Shown here: piece by piece, positions 1-9,437 of the stretch
How positions within the stretch are numbered: position 1 is the stretch's first letter
Layout: the number at the start of each line of letters is the position of its first letter
Made by a program: the position numbers and the translations under genes
Notes under the pieces: generated by a model
Told to the model about the DNA's origin: nothing
Database searches by the model: none
What the model saw: the letters and a program-made list of their open reading frames with translations, nothing else
DNA from: an uncultured Alphaproteobacteria bacterium
GTDB taxonomy: Bacteria > Pseudomonadota > Alphaproteobacteria > HIMB59 > GCA-002718135
DNA: 64,000 nucleotides
Assembly: GCA_902605135.1 (NCBI GenBank)
Contig: CACLBK010000002.1
Coordinates: forward strand, 2,164-66,163
Reading direction: 5' to 3'

Positions 1-248
1 GTGGGGCAATGATGGATAATATTGAAAAATATGTAGAAACAATTTTTGCAAGTGGCGTAAGAGTGTCAAGTCCCTTAGAACAATTAAATTTGGATAATAA
101 TTTTAGAAAACCAAATTTTTGTGATATTATTGGTTCTATATTGTATGACCAAGATACATTTAAAATTGATTTTTTAGCAAAACAATCAAAAACTTCAAAA
201 AAACATGGAATTTCCAGCTTTTTTACTTGGCTTGATCAGTATATTTAG
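1..248 (+). CDS. ftsA: Cell division protein FtsA, C-terminal fragment (gene begins upstream of window)
   Basis: The frame is open from the window edge to TAG at 246-248. It lies directly upstream of ftsZ, matching the conserved order ftsA-ftsZ-lpxC. It ends in a short amphipathic tail (SSFFTWLDQYI) resembling the FtsA membrane-targeting helix. The fragment is too short for a motif-level call. Confidence 0.55.
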   Translation, partial: GAMMDNIEKYVETIFASGVRVSSPLEQLNLDNNFRKPNFCDIIGSILYDQDTFKIDFLAKQSKTSKKHGISSFFTWLDQYI

Positions 249-327
249 ATAATACTATATGTAGTAAATTATATTGACGATTTCGAACATAAATCGTTAA
301 AAAGTATTTAAAACGGCGGAGATTACA

Positions 328-1971
328 ATGACTATCAATATTTCAATACAAGATGTAGACCAAAACTTACATCCCAAAATAACTGTTTTAGGAGTAGGTG
401 GATCTGGCGGAAATGCAGTTAACAACATGATTAATGCTAATTTGGAAGGTGTAGATTTTTTAATAGCTAATACAGATGCACAAGCTTTACAAATTTCAAG
501 TTGTCCAAATAAAATTCAATTAGGATTAAACAGTACTAAAGGTTTAGGTGCGGGAATGAGACCTGATATTGGGAGACAGGCAGCAGAAGAAGCAATTCAA
601 GATCTAAGTGAAAAGTTTGAAGGTAGTCATATGCTTTTTATAGCAGCTGGAATGGGTGGTGGTACTGGTACAGGAGCTGCACCAGTAATTGCTAAACTAG
701 CAAGAGAAAAAGGAATACTAACTGTAGGTGTAGTAACTAAACCTTTTCATTTTGAAGGCGCCCAAAGGATGAAGTTAGCTGAGAAAGGAATTGAAGAACT
801 GCAACAGTATGTCGACACATTACTAACAATACCTAATCAAAATTTATTTAGAATCGCTAATGAAAAAACTACTTTTTCTGATGCTTTTAAGATGGCAGAC
901 GATGTTTTATATGCAGGTGTTAGAGGAGTAACTGATCTTATGGTTCAGCCTGGAATGATAAATTTAGATTTCTCAGATATCAAAACTGTTATGTCTGAAA
1001 TGGGTAAAGCTATGATGGGTACTGGTGAAGCACAAGGTGAAGGTAGAGCAATTGCAGCAGCTGAAGCAGCTATTGCAAACCCATTAATTGATGATGTATC
1101 TCTTAAAGGCGCAAAAGGTCTAATAATTAATATTACCGGTGGCAAAGATATTACATTGTATGAAGTAGATGAAGCTGCAAACAGAATCAAACAAGAAGTT
1201 GATGAAGAAGCAAACATTATATACGGAACAACTTGTGATGATAGACTTGAAGGAGTTGTAAGGGTTAGTATTGTAGCTACAGGCATTGATGCAAACAATA
1301 ATATATCAGCTAAACCGATTGAAAACTTTGCTCCAATAAATATAAATAATAATATTTACAAACAAGATATAGAAAAATCCGTTTCATTGACTGAAAGTAC
1401 GGCACTACCTGAACATTCATTACAAGATGGAAGCAACTTAGATGAAGAGATTAATGGGATCTCAAATGAAGAAATTCACAATAATCAAAATTCTGAAAAT
1501 ATTGATTTAGATGAGCAAATAAATATTAATCAAATAGAGACTGCAAGTTTACAAGAAAATATTGATGATATTGATGATAGAGTATTTAAACAAAATGAAG
1601 TTTCAGAAGTTGCAGACCAAATTAAAACTGATGATTTTTCCGAGAAAGTATCAAGTTCATCTTCACATATTGAAAAACCAAATGAAACCAGTGTAAGAAG
1701 GTTGAGCTTATTTGATACTCTTTCTACTGAAAATAAATTTGAAGATATTTCTTCTGAAAAAGATGTTCTAGAAAAAACTGAACCTGTTTTTTCATCTTCA
1801 GAAGAAAAAATTGAAGAAATCTCTTCTGAAGATAATAATTCAACCATCAATGAAAAAGAGGAGTTTATTGCTGAAGAGAATGAGTCTTTAGAAATTGATG
1901 AAGATTTCAATCAAGAAACAGAGGAAGAACTACTGGATATACCAACTTTCCTTAGAAGACAGGCAAACTAG
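328..1971 (+). CDS. ftsZ: Cell division GTPase FtsZ with long acidic C-terminal linker
   Basis: Tubulin signature [14 protein letters not shown]-terminal [15 protein letters not shown], and the conserved C-terminal peptide DIPTFLRRQ at the very end. Confidence 0.97.
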   Translation: MTINISIQDVDQNLHPKITVLGVGGSGGNAVNNMINANLEGVDFLIANTDAQALQISSCPNKIQLGLNSTKGLGAGMRPDIGRQAAEEAIQDLSEKFEGSHMLFIAAGMGGGTGTGAAPVIAKLAREKGILTVGVVTKPFHFEGAQRMKLAEKGIEELQQYVDTLLTIPNQNLFRIANEKTTFSDAFKMADDVLYAGVRGVTDLMVQPGMINLDFSDIKTVMSEMGKAMMGTGEAQGEGRAIAAAEAAIANPLIDDVSLKGAKGLIINITGGKDITLYEVDEAANRIKQEVDEEANIIYGTTCDDRLEGVVRVSIVATGIDANNNISAKPIENFAPININNNIYKQDIEKSVSLTESTALPEHSLQDGSNLDEEINGISNEEIHNNQNSENIDLDEQININQIETASLQENIDDIDDRVFKQNEVSEVADQIKTDDFSEKVSSSSSHIEKPNETSVRRLSLFDTLSTENKFEDISSEKDVLEKTEPVFSSSEEKIEEISSEDNNSTINEKEEFIAEENESLEIDEDFNQETEEELLDIPTFLRRQAN

Positions 1972-2046
1972 TAAATAAATCATTATTTGCAATATTTTGA
2001 AATATTAGGTTAGTTGTGAAGATCACCAAAAATATATAATAAAAAA

Positions 2047-2071
2047 GTGCTGGAATCAGCACTTTTTTTTT
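2047..2071 (+). terminator. Rho-independent terminator after ftsZ
   Basis: GTGCTG (2047-2052), loop GAAT, CAGCAC (2057-2062), then a run of 9 T. It is preceded by an A-run and ends 3 nt before the lpxC ATG. Confidence 0.6.
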
Positions 2072-2074
2072 AAA

Positions 2075-2947
2075 ATGATAGACATATCAAATAATTCCAA
2101 TAACCAACAAACAATATCCGAACCAGTATCTATAAGCGGAATAGGGCTACATTCAGGAATAGACGTTAACATGCAATTATATCCTGCTGAAATTGACTAT
2201 GGAATTAAATTTATTCGAAAAGATATCAGAGATAACAACGTAATTGATGCACTATGGTCAAATGTAAGCAATACAAAACTAAGTACAACTATAAGTAATC
2301 GAAATGGCACAAGTGTTTCAACTATCGAGCATTTAATGAGTGCTTTATCAGGATTACATATAGATAATATTAAAATTGAAATTGATGGTCCAGAAGTGCC
2401 AATTATGGATGGAAGCTCAATAAAGTTTGTTGATCTTATTGATCAAATTTCTACTCAAAGTTTAAATAAAAGAAGAAAAATTTTAAAAATAAAAAAAAAT
2501 ATCAAAGTTGAAGATAATGATTCATCTGTAGAATTAAAACCTAATAATCAGTTTTCAATAGATTTTGAAATCGATTTTCCTAGCAGGCTAGTTAGTAAGC
2601 AAAGCTGCCAATTACAATTAATAAACGGAAATTATAAAACAGATATTGCATCAGCTCGTACTTTTGGATTTGAAAGAGATGTTGATATGCTAAGATCAAA
2701 TGGTTTAGCACTTGGGGGCTCTTTGGATAATGCTGTTGTAGTTGGAGAAAGTAAAATACTTAATTCAGATGGTTTGCGCTTTAAGGATGAGTTTGTGAGA
2801 CATAAAATTCTTGATTCTATTGGAGATTTGTATTTAGCAGGAGCTCCAATTCAAGGTTATTTTTTAGGTAACAAATCAGGCCATCATTTAAATAACTTAT
2901 TATTAAGGTCATTATTTGCTGATCAAGATAATTACAAATATATTTAG
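2075..2947 (+). CDS. lpxC: UDP-3-O-acyl-N-acetylglucosamine deacetylase
   Basis: LpxC-like blocks STIEHLMSAL, GPEVPIMDGSS, FVRHKILDSIGDLYL and SGHHLNN. Its position after ftsZ is canonical. Confidence 0.93.
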   Translation: MIDISNNSNNQQTISEPVSISGIGLHSGIDVNMQLYPAEIDYGIKFIRKDIRDNNVIDALWSNVSNTKLSTTISNRNGTSVSTIEHLMSALSGLHIDNIKIEIDGPEVPIMDGSSIKFVDLIDQISTQSLNKRRKILKIKKNIKVEDNDSSVELKPNNQFSIDFEIDFPSRLVSKQSCQLQLINGNYKTDIASARTFGFERDVDMLRSNGLALGGSLDNAVVVGESKILNSDGLRFKDEFVRHKILDSIGDLYLAGAPIQGYFLGNKSGHHLNNLLLRSLFADQDNYKYI

Positions 2948-4333
2948 TTAGATCATTTTTTTTGGATCAACAATTCTGTCAAATTCCTTTTCTGAAATTA
3001 ATTTTAATTTTAAAGCTGCTTCCTTTAATGTCAAGTTTTCATCAAAAGCTTTTTTAGCAATTTTTGCTGCATTATCGTATCCAATGCTTTTATTTAAAGC
3101 AGTTACAAGCATTAAAGAATTATTTAAATGATTAGTAATCATTGCTTTATTTGCCTTTAGCCCTTTTAAGCAATTTTGATTAAAACTTTTTATACCGTCA
3201 CTAATAAGATTAATTGATTGAATTATATTTAACGCAATAACCGGTTTGTAAGTATTTAATTGAAAGTGACCATTTGAACCAGCAAGATCCACAGTTGTAC
3301 TATTTCCAATTACTTGAACGCATACCATACTTAATGCTTCAATTTGAGTTGGATTTATTTTTCCAGGCATTATTGATGAACCAGGCTCATTAGCAGGTAA
3401 TATTAATTCTCCCAAGCCAGATCTAGGTCCAGATGCCAAAAATCTAATATCATTTATTATTTTTAATAATGAAAGTGATAAATTTTTTAATGAATTTGAA
3501 AAATTAACTAGCGGATCATGAGAAGCTAAAGATTCAAATTTATTTGGAGAAGGTTTATAATTGTCCCTAGTCAGTTTATTCAAATATTTACAAAATACTT
3601 TATCAAAATTTTTCGGAGCATTGAGACCTGATCCAACAGCAGTCCCACCTTGAGCAAGAAATTTCAATTCGGATCTTGAAATTTCTATTCTTTTTAAACA
3701 AGCTTCTAGTTGAGTACAAAAGGCAGAAAATTCATTACCTAAAGTAATTGGGGTTGCATCTTGAGTATGAGTTCTTCCTATTTTAATTATTTTTTGAAAT
3801 ATTTTTTTCTTCTTTTTAAATTCTTTTATTAAGTCTTTAAGATTAGGAATTAAATTTTTTATTGATAATTCATTAATTGCAACATGCATAATTGTTGGAA
3901 AGGTATCATTTGATGATTGAGATAAATTTACATGATCATTTGGGTGAATAGGTTTTTTACTTCCAATTTTACCTCTTAATTTTTTTATAACATAGTTACT
4001 AATTACTTCATTAGCATTCATATTGGTTTGAGTTCCAGATCCAGTTTGCCATACAACTAATGGGAACTCTTTAATAAGTTTTAAATTTATAATATCATCA
4101 CAGGCTTTTGATATTAATGATCCTAATTTTCTGTCAATAGAATCGAGTTCAATATTAGCTTGTGCAGCTGCTTTCTTTTGTTGACCTAATGCAATAATCA
4201 ATTCAGATGGTATTTTTTCACTACCAATTATAAAATTTTCTAAGGATCTTTGAGTTTGTGCACCCCAAAGCTTATTTCTATCTATTTTTTTAGAACCTAA
4301 ACTATCAGATTCTATTCTTTTTTTATTAGTCAT
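2948..4333 (-). CDS. fumC: Fumarate hydratase class II
   Basis: Fumarate lyase signature GSSIMPGKINPTQ, plus TGSGTQTNMN and SSNDTFPT blocks typical of FumC. Confidence 0.92.
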   Translation of the reverse strand: MTNKKRIESDSLGSKKIDRNKLWGAQTQRSLENFIIGSEKIPSELIIALGQQKKAAAQANIELDSIDRKLGSLISKACDDIINLKLIKEFPLVVWQTGSGTQTNMNANEVISNYVIKKLRGKIGSKKPIHPNDHVNLSQSSNDTFPTIMHVAINELSIKNLIPNLKDLIKEFKKKKKIFQKIIKIGRTHTQDATPITLGNEFSAFCTQLEACLKRIEISRSELKFLAQGGTAVGSGLNAPKNFDKVFCKYLNKLTRDNYKPSPNKFESLASHDPLVNFSNSLKNLSLSLLKIINDIRFLASGPRSGLGELILPANEPGSSIMPGKINPTQIEALSMVCVQVIGNSTTVDLAGSNGHFQLNTYKPVIALNIIQSINLISDGIKSFNQNCLKGLKANKAMITNHLNNSLMLVTALNKSIGYDNAAKIAKKAFDENLTLKEAALKLKLISEKEFDRIVDPKKMI

Positions 4334-4374
4334 TATTTATTAACAAATTAATTATAACATATTATATGTAACTT

Positions 4375-5004
4375 ATGAACAAACTTGTTTTACTAAGACA
4401 TGGTCAAAGTCAGTGGAATTTAGAAAACAGATTTACTGGATGGAAAGATGTTCCATTAACTGAAAAAGGTATTAATGAAGCTAGTAATGCTGGTCTTTTA
4501 TTAAAAAAAAACAACATAAGCATTGATAAAATTTTTAGTAGTGTTTTAGAAAGAGCAAATAAAACAGTGGAAATAGCTATAATGGCGTCAGAAATTGAAA
4601 ATCTACATAAAGATGGAAAGCTTATCTATGAAAAAGATCAAAGACTTAATGAGAGAGATTATGGAGACTTAGTTGGATTAAATAAAGCTGAAACTGCTAA
4701 TAAATTTGGGAAAGAACAAGTGCAAATATGGAGAAGATCTTATGATACACCGCCTCCAAACGGTGAAAGTCTTAAGGATGTGGTGGAGCGAGTCTCTCCT
4801 TACTTTACTGAGATAATTCAACCATATATATTTAATAAAAAAAATGTTTTAATCACAGCTCATGGTAATTCATTAAGGGCAATTATGATTAAAGTTGGTA
4901 TGTATAAACCTGAAGAAATATCTTCAATAGAACTCCCAACTGGGAGTCCATTATGTTTAGATTATCAAAATAATGAATTAATAGAACATTATTATTTAGA
5001 TTAA
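4375..5004 (+). CDS. gpmA: 2,3-bisphosphoglycerate-dependent phosphoglycerate mutase
   Basis: LLRHGQSQWNLENRFTGW catalytic His motif and C-terminal HGNSLRA motif. Confidence 0.93.
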   Translation: MNKLVLLRHGQSQWNLENRFTGWKDVPLTEKGINEASNAGLLLKKNNISIDKIFSSVLERANKTVEIAIMASEIENLHKDGKLIYEKDQRLNERDYGDLVGLNKAETANKFGKEQVQIWRRSYDTPPPNGESLKDVVERVSPYFTEIIQPYIFNKKNVLITAHGNSLRAIMIKVGMYKPEEISSIELPTGSPLCLDYQNNELIEHYYLD

Positions 5005-5432
5005 TTTTTTTTAAAATTTGAAAAATTAATTACATTGTCCTTATTCGATTTATTCTTTTCTACTTTTTTATTTAGTTTAGTTTGAATTCTATTTGCTTGC
5101 AAAATTAAACCAAAATTAGCTGAAGGATCTGCAAATGAAATAATGGCGTTATAATCAATTTTTAATTTTGTTTTAATATCGTCAAATGAAAGTGAAATAG
5201 AAAAATTATCTTTATTTATTTTGAGATCATAATACTCATACTGAATAATAATTGTCATTTCTTTAGGATATTTTTGTTTTAACCAATTAGGTAATTCAAC
5301 TTCTTTATGGTTTGTTAAAAATGTAATGTATAGGTGGTTGTTATTTGATAGTCCATTATTTTTAATGTTTTTAAGTATATCTACAAATACGTTTATCATA
5401 TTTTTATCTAGTATTTTTTGATATTCAATCAT
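5001..5432 (-). CDS. sspB: SspB-like ClpXP adaptor (stringent starvation protein B family)
   Basis: The layout resembles SspB: an N-terminal helix, then a block HLYITF...VELP...KYP.EMTII, then IISFADP. This is recognised by pattern only. Confidence 0.5.
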   Translation of the reverse strand: MIEYQKILDKNMINVFVDILKNIKNNGLSNNNHLYITFLTNHKEVELPNWLKQKYPKEMTIIIQYEYYDLKINKDNFSISLSFDDIKTKLKIDYNAIISFADPSANFGLILQANRIQTKLNKKVEKNKSNKDNVINFSNFKKN

Positions 5433-5480
5433 TTCTATTTTATTTTTTTTTTAAATCATTAAAATATTCTAATAAAATTT

Positions 5481-5993
5481 ATGAGTCTAGATAAAAATAA
5501 TTCACAATATAGTAAAATAGCAAAATTATTTCATTGGGGTTTTGTTCTTTTATTTATATACGGTGTAGTAAAGCAGGTTGATGATATTAATCAACTCGAA
5601 GATAATATATTTTTTAGATTTGAAATTATTTTTGCAATTACCTTTTTATTATTACTTCTAATACGTTTTGTATACATGAAAACAACACAAAACACATCAA
5701 TTCCTGAAGATACTCCAAAAATACAAAAAATAATTGCTAAAATTGTTCATAATGGAATGTATATATTATTAGGCGGTACAGTTTTCTCAGGATTATTAAT
5801 TGGTTTTTTATATTGGCTTGGAATTAAAAATGGTTTTTTGATAGGTGTTGTAATTACTGTTCATGAGCTGATTATTAATATACTTTATTTCTTTATTATT
5901 GCTCATATTATAGCGGCGATATATCATCGCTTAAAGAAAGATGGTGTTTGGAGTTCAATGGTGCCTTTCTTTAAAGAAAATAGATTTAAGTGA
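5481..5993 (+). CDS. Cytochrome b561 family membrane protein
   Basis: Four predicted TM helices with His at helix ends (LFHWG, VHNGMY, VHELI, AHIIAAIYHRL), as in bacterial cytochrome b561 / b-type dihaem proteins. Confidence 0.6.
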   Translation: MSLDKNNSQYSKIAKLFHWGFVLLFIYGVVKQVDDINQLEDNIFFRFEIIFAITFLLLLLIRFVYMKTTQNTSIPEDTPKIQKIIAKIVHNGMYILLGGTVFSGLLIGFLYWLGIKNGFLIGVVITVHELIINILYFFIIAHIIAAIYHRLKKDGVWSSMVPFFKENRFK

Positions 5994-6058
5994 AATCTTA
6001 ATTATAAATATATCAAAAAAAAATTTGTACTATTTAATAGTTCATTGTAAAATATACC

Positions 6059-6928
6059 GTGATAAAAAAACTTTCTTTTATTTGCTTTAATATACTTGTT
6101 TTACTAGATACAATTTTTAAAACTTTAACAAAAAGAAGTATACTAATTTGGTTTAATGATTTTATTCAAACAAGGTCTTATAAATCTATTCAAATTTTAG
6201 ATAAAAAAATAAAGTTTTTTGTACCTAATCAAATTACTAATTGGAGAGTTGATACATATTTTTCTAAAGAACCCGAAACACTTGAATGGATTGATAGTTT
6301 TGAAAAAAAAGATAATCTAATTTTTTGGGATATTGGTGCAAATATAGGTTTATATTCTATCTACAATTCTTTAAAAAATCCTAAATCTACAACTATATCT
6401 TTTGAGCCCTCAAGTTCGAACATTAGAATATTAACAAGAAATATATCTATTAATAATTTAGAAAAAAAAATAAAAGTAGTTCCAATACCGTTAACTAATA
6501 AGGAAAATATATTTCAAGAAATGAATGAAGGCCAATTTATTGAGGGAGGAGCTCTAAACTCATTTGGAGAAAAATTTGATTTTGAAGGAAAAGACTTAAA
6601 ACCCATTATGAAATATAATTTATTAGGAACAACAATGAATTATTTTATTAAAAATTCAATTTTAGAAATACCAGATTATATAAAAATTGATGTAGATGGT
6701 ATCGAGCACCTAATACTTCAGGGTGGTGATAAATTTTTAAATAATAAAAAAGTTAAGAGTTTATCAATTGAAATAAATGAAAATTTTAAAGAACAATTTG
6801 ACACTATTTTAAATTTAATGAAAAAATATCAATTTAAATTACTTCATAAAAAACATAATGATGATAATTACACTGAAGTTGATAAATTCAGCAAATCATA
6901 TAATTATATATTTACAAAACAATTGTAG
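6059..6928 (+). CDS. FkbM-family SAM-dependent methyltransferase
   Basis: FWDIGANIGLYS SAM-binding motif and IKIDVDGIEHLILQG block typical of the FkbM family. GTG start. Confidence 0.7.
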   Translation: MIKKLSFICFNILVLLDTIFKTLTKRSILIWFNDFIQTRSYKSIQILDKKIKFFVPNQITNWRVDTYFSKEPETLEWIDSFEKKDNLIFWDIGANIGLYSIYNSLKNPKSTTISFEPSSSNIRILTRNISINNLEKKIKVVPIPLTNKENIFQEMNEGQFIEGGALNSFGEKFDFEGKDLKPIMKYNLLGTTMNYFIKNSILEIPDYIKIDVDGIEHLILQGGDKFLNNKKVKSLSIEINENFKEQFDTILNLMKKYQFKLLHKKHNDDNYTEVDKFSKSYNYIFTKQL

Positions 6929-7128
6929 ATCATTTTTGGTCTATATTTATCCAAATTAAACTTGATGCGTGCTAATTTTAAAAACAAGAGAGATTATTAA
7001 AAGACTGGTTTTAATATGTATATAGAAAATCTATATTTAAGTATTTTATATACTTTTTCTCTATTACAATCCATAAAAAAAATTTTTGAATATTTCTTTC
7101 AGACTTAAAAGTTTTTAAGTTTTTGAAA

Positions 7129-8058
7129 CTAAATATATTCTGTTTGGAAAAATTTATAATTACTCAAAGATATTTTTGATTTAGTTAATTTTTTAACAAG
7201 AATATATGTTTCCCAATTTTTTTTAAATTTGTTTTCCTTTAAAAAATCTTGAAACTTATCGAAAATACTTATTTTCATTCGAATTTTTTTACAATTTTCT
7301 TTTTTTGCAAGATGTGTGATCGAATTTAACAAAAATTTTTTATAAATTATGTTGCTTGAGCAAAATTCTAAAATTTCAAATCTAAAACAGTTATCTCGCA
7401 TTTTTGTTTTACCAACTAAAGCATAATGGTATTTATTTTGTGATTCTTTTATAAGTAATATTTTGAAAATATAATTACGGTTGTAATAATGATTTTTTAA
7501 ATTATACCAAAAATTTGAGTCCCTTTTTTTATATCCATCATATGCACTATTAAGATTATTAAATGTTTTATTTAAAATTAGCCCCTTTTTTTTAAATGAA
7601 TTAAAATTATCTAATAATTCATAATTAGGTTTAATCACTAATGACTTATTTATTTTTTTTTCAAAGGATAATATTTTAGAGACTGTTTTAAATCCATTTT
7701 TTTTATACCATCTAAATGCTTTAGTTCCATAATCTTCTCTTATAACAAAAATATATTTAAATTTATTTTTGAAAATTTTTTCAGATGATTTTAAAATATT
7801 AGTACCAATTTTTCTATTTCTATATTCTGGAAGAACAAATAGTGCCGAAATCCATAAAACTTTTTCAAATTTTTTTTTAATTTTAAGATGAACTCTTTCA
7901 AATGGCAAAACTCCAATAATTCTATTACCATCTTTCATATTCACGCTTGTCATATCATTTTCAACCCAAGAGTTTTTAGTTCTGGGTGTAAATTTACTTT
8001 TTTTTATAAATCTTAAAATTTGTGATAAAATATTTTGGTTATATTTTATAATTTTCAT
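7129..8058 (-). CDS. Two-domain protein with N-terminal GNAT-like acetyltransferase fold; function unknown
   Basis: GNAT motif-A-like segment LFVLPEYRNRKIGTNILK followed by AFRWYKKNGF. The C-terminal half of about 170 aa is unrecognised. Extremely K/N-rich. Confidence 0.45.
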   Translation of the reverse strand: MKIIKYNQNILSQILRFIKKSKFTPRTKNSWVENDMTSVNMKDGNRIIGVLPFERVHLKIKKKFEKVLWISALFVLPEYRNRKIGTNILKSSEKIFKNKFKYIFVIREDYGTKAFRWYKKNGFKTVSKILSFEKKINKSLVIKPNYELLDNFNSFKKKGLILNKTFNNLNSAYDGYKKRDSNFWYNLKNHYYNRNYIFKILLIKESQNKYHYALVGKTKMRDNCFRFEILEFCSSNIIYKKFLLNSITHLAKKENCKKIRMKISIFDKFQDFLKENKFKKNWETYILVKKLTKSKISLSNYKFFQTEYI

Positions 8059-8210
8059 TTTATTTATAAATTAAAGGACCGATTTGCGACTCAATACATA
8101 AAAAATTGTTAGCTTAATTATGCAAGGCCAAACACCTAAAAGACTACTCATTTCTATAGTTATTTGTTCATTCTTTCTTGAAAAAATTAAATCTTATTAT
8201 TTTGATAAGA

Positions 8211-8576
8211 TTATTTTTCTAACTTTTCCCACTCAGCCATTCCTCCGGTAATATTCTTAACATTCTTGATACCCATATCTTTCATTGTTTTTGTTGATAA
8301 GGTTCCTTGTCCACCTACACCACAAAATACAATATATTCTTTGTCAGGATTTTCTTTGAAAAATTTATTTTCTAAGGGGCTACCTTCCGCTAAATAAAAT
8401 TCAAGAAAAGCTCTATCCAAATGAATTGCATTTCCTATTGTTCCTTTATCAAAACTTTGTTTATCCCTAACATCAATAAATTGTACATTTGGTTCATTGA
8501 GTTTTTCTTTTGCCTGTGAAGCAGAAATATTTTCAATTTCATTTTTTATACTCATCAAATCTTCAAATTTTTTCAT
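8211..8576 (-). CDS. Single-domain rhodanese-like sulfurtransferase
   Basis: Rhodanese layout: QFIDVRD...F..G.I..A, active-site loop VFCGVGGQG, and C-terminal ITGGMAEW. AAGGA ribosome-binding site upstream. Confidence 0.75.
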   Translation of the reverse strand: MKKFEDLMSIKNEIENISASQAKEKLNEPNVQFIDVRDKQSFDKGTIGNAIHLDRAFLEFYLAEGSPLENKFFKENPDKEYIVFCGVGGQGTLSTKTMKDMGIKNVKNITGGMAEWEKLEK

Positions 8577-8596
8577 ATTTTCCTTACCTCATTAGT

Positions 8597-8845
8597 ATGG
8601 GGCGTTCTGTTGCCCGGTGCCCCTAACCGCGCTGACCTAGAATCTAGGCAGCAAGTGCTAATCTATTATCGTTAGCGTTTATAAAATAGCCCGATAACGG
8701 TGGTACAATACCGGATAAAGTCTTTGTCTTTGAATTACCGTCAAACCTATTTCGTCCCCATTATTGGTGGAGACGCCGGGTACCGCCCCCGGGTCCGAAT
8801 AACTTATTGCACAAAGCATTTATTATCTTAGTTGCAAAGCAACGA
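8597..8845 (-). ncRNA. ssrA: tmRNA (ssrA), circularly permuted two-piece type; boundaries approximate
   Basis: GC-rich island in an intergenic gap. The minus strand reads ...CCGGG-GGCGGTA-CCCGG (a T-arm-like 5-bp stem with a 7-nt loop), then CGTCTCC-ACCA with the 3' A at 8765. A 5-nt spacer ATAAT follows, then GGGGACG (8759-8753). GGGGACG pairs with CGTCTCC to form a 7-bp acceptor stem with a G3-U pair. The tag reading frame GCT AAC GAT AAT AGA TTA GCA CTT GCT GCC TAG (8676 down to 8644) encodes ANDNRLALAA-stop. The acceptor piece precedes the coding piece. Confidence 0.78.
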
Positions 8846-8948
8846 TTATATTATACCTTAAACTTATTATACTTTAAAGATTTGTCTTGAAAACTAGCAA
8901 TTAAAAAAAATATTGTTACTATTTATTAAAGAAAATAAATAAAAGAAA

Positions 8949-9437
8949 ATGATTAAAGCAATTATGGCAGTTGATGAAAAAGGTGGGATAAGTAAAGGAG
9001 CAAGTATGCCTTGGCCAAAAAATTCAATTGATTTGAAATGGTTTAAAGAAAATACAACTAATAATATTGTTGTAATGGGCAGAAAGACTTGGGAAGATCC
9101 TTTTATGCCCACACCTTTAAAATCTAGAATAAATGTTCTTATTACAAATAAAGATCAAAAACAAATTCAGGGAGCTGATCATTACTTAAGTGGAAATATA
9201 AATAATCAAATTCAAGATATTCAATCAGTACATATAAACAAAGATATTTTTATAATTGGTGGTTCAGAAATAATAAATCTAACTTCTAAATTAATAGAAC
9301 AATTTTATCTAACTAGAATCTACGGTAATTATAATTGTGAAAAATTTATAGATATTTCTTTTATAGAAAATAACATGAAAATGATTAAAAAAATTAATGG
9401 AGACTCAACTTGTCATTTTGAGATTTGGAAAAGATGA
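8949..9437 (+). CDS. folA: Dihydrofolate reductase
   Basis: DHFR motifs MPWP, VVMGRKTWED and FIIGGSEI. Its stop overlaps the thyA start (ATGA). Confidence 0.8.
   Translation: MIKAIMAVDEKGGISKGASMPWPKNSIDLKWFKENTTNNIVVMGRKTWEDPFMPTPLKSRINVLITNKDQKQIQGADHYLSGNINNQIQDIQSVHINKDIFIIGGSEIINLTSKLIEQFYLTRIYGNYNCEKFIDISFIENNMKMIKKINGDSTCHFEIWKR

Noticed and set aside
945-1910. Minus-strand ORFs 945..1298 and 1530..1910 inside ftsZ
   Set aside because: These are antisense shadow ORFs of a confidently identified gene. Their products are low-complexity (S/I/F-rich), mirroring the E/D/S-rich linker.
7007-7033. dif-like sequence GGTTTTAATA-TGTATA-TAGAAAATCTA in the 200-nt gap between convergent genes
   Set aside because: Only the central TGTATA and part of the left arm resemble the E. 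coli dif site. The right (XerD) arm does not match TTATGTTAAAT, and the arms are not palindromic. A chance match is likely in AT-rich DNA.
8100-8140. Sigma-54-like TTGGCCTTGCA on the minus strand upstream of the GNAT-like gene
   Set aside because: The GG-to-GC spacing is about 6 nt instead of the roughly 10 nt required for a -24/-12 promoter.
5994-8596. Genomic island integrated at the tmRNA gene
   Set aside because: I looked for a direct repeat of the tmRNA gene's 3' end (the region around GGGGCACCGGGCAACAGAACGCCCC) downstream at 8059-8210, 6929-7128 and 5994-6058 and found none. There is no integrase or phage gene. Only weak compositional or functional oddity remains, reported separately at low interest.
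9425-9433. ORF-track start of thyA at 9425 (MEKMKQY...)
   Set aside because: The ATG at 9434 gives the canonical ThyA N-terminus MKQYL and a 4-nt ATGA overlap with the folA stop. The upstream extension is probably not translated.
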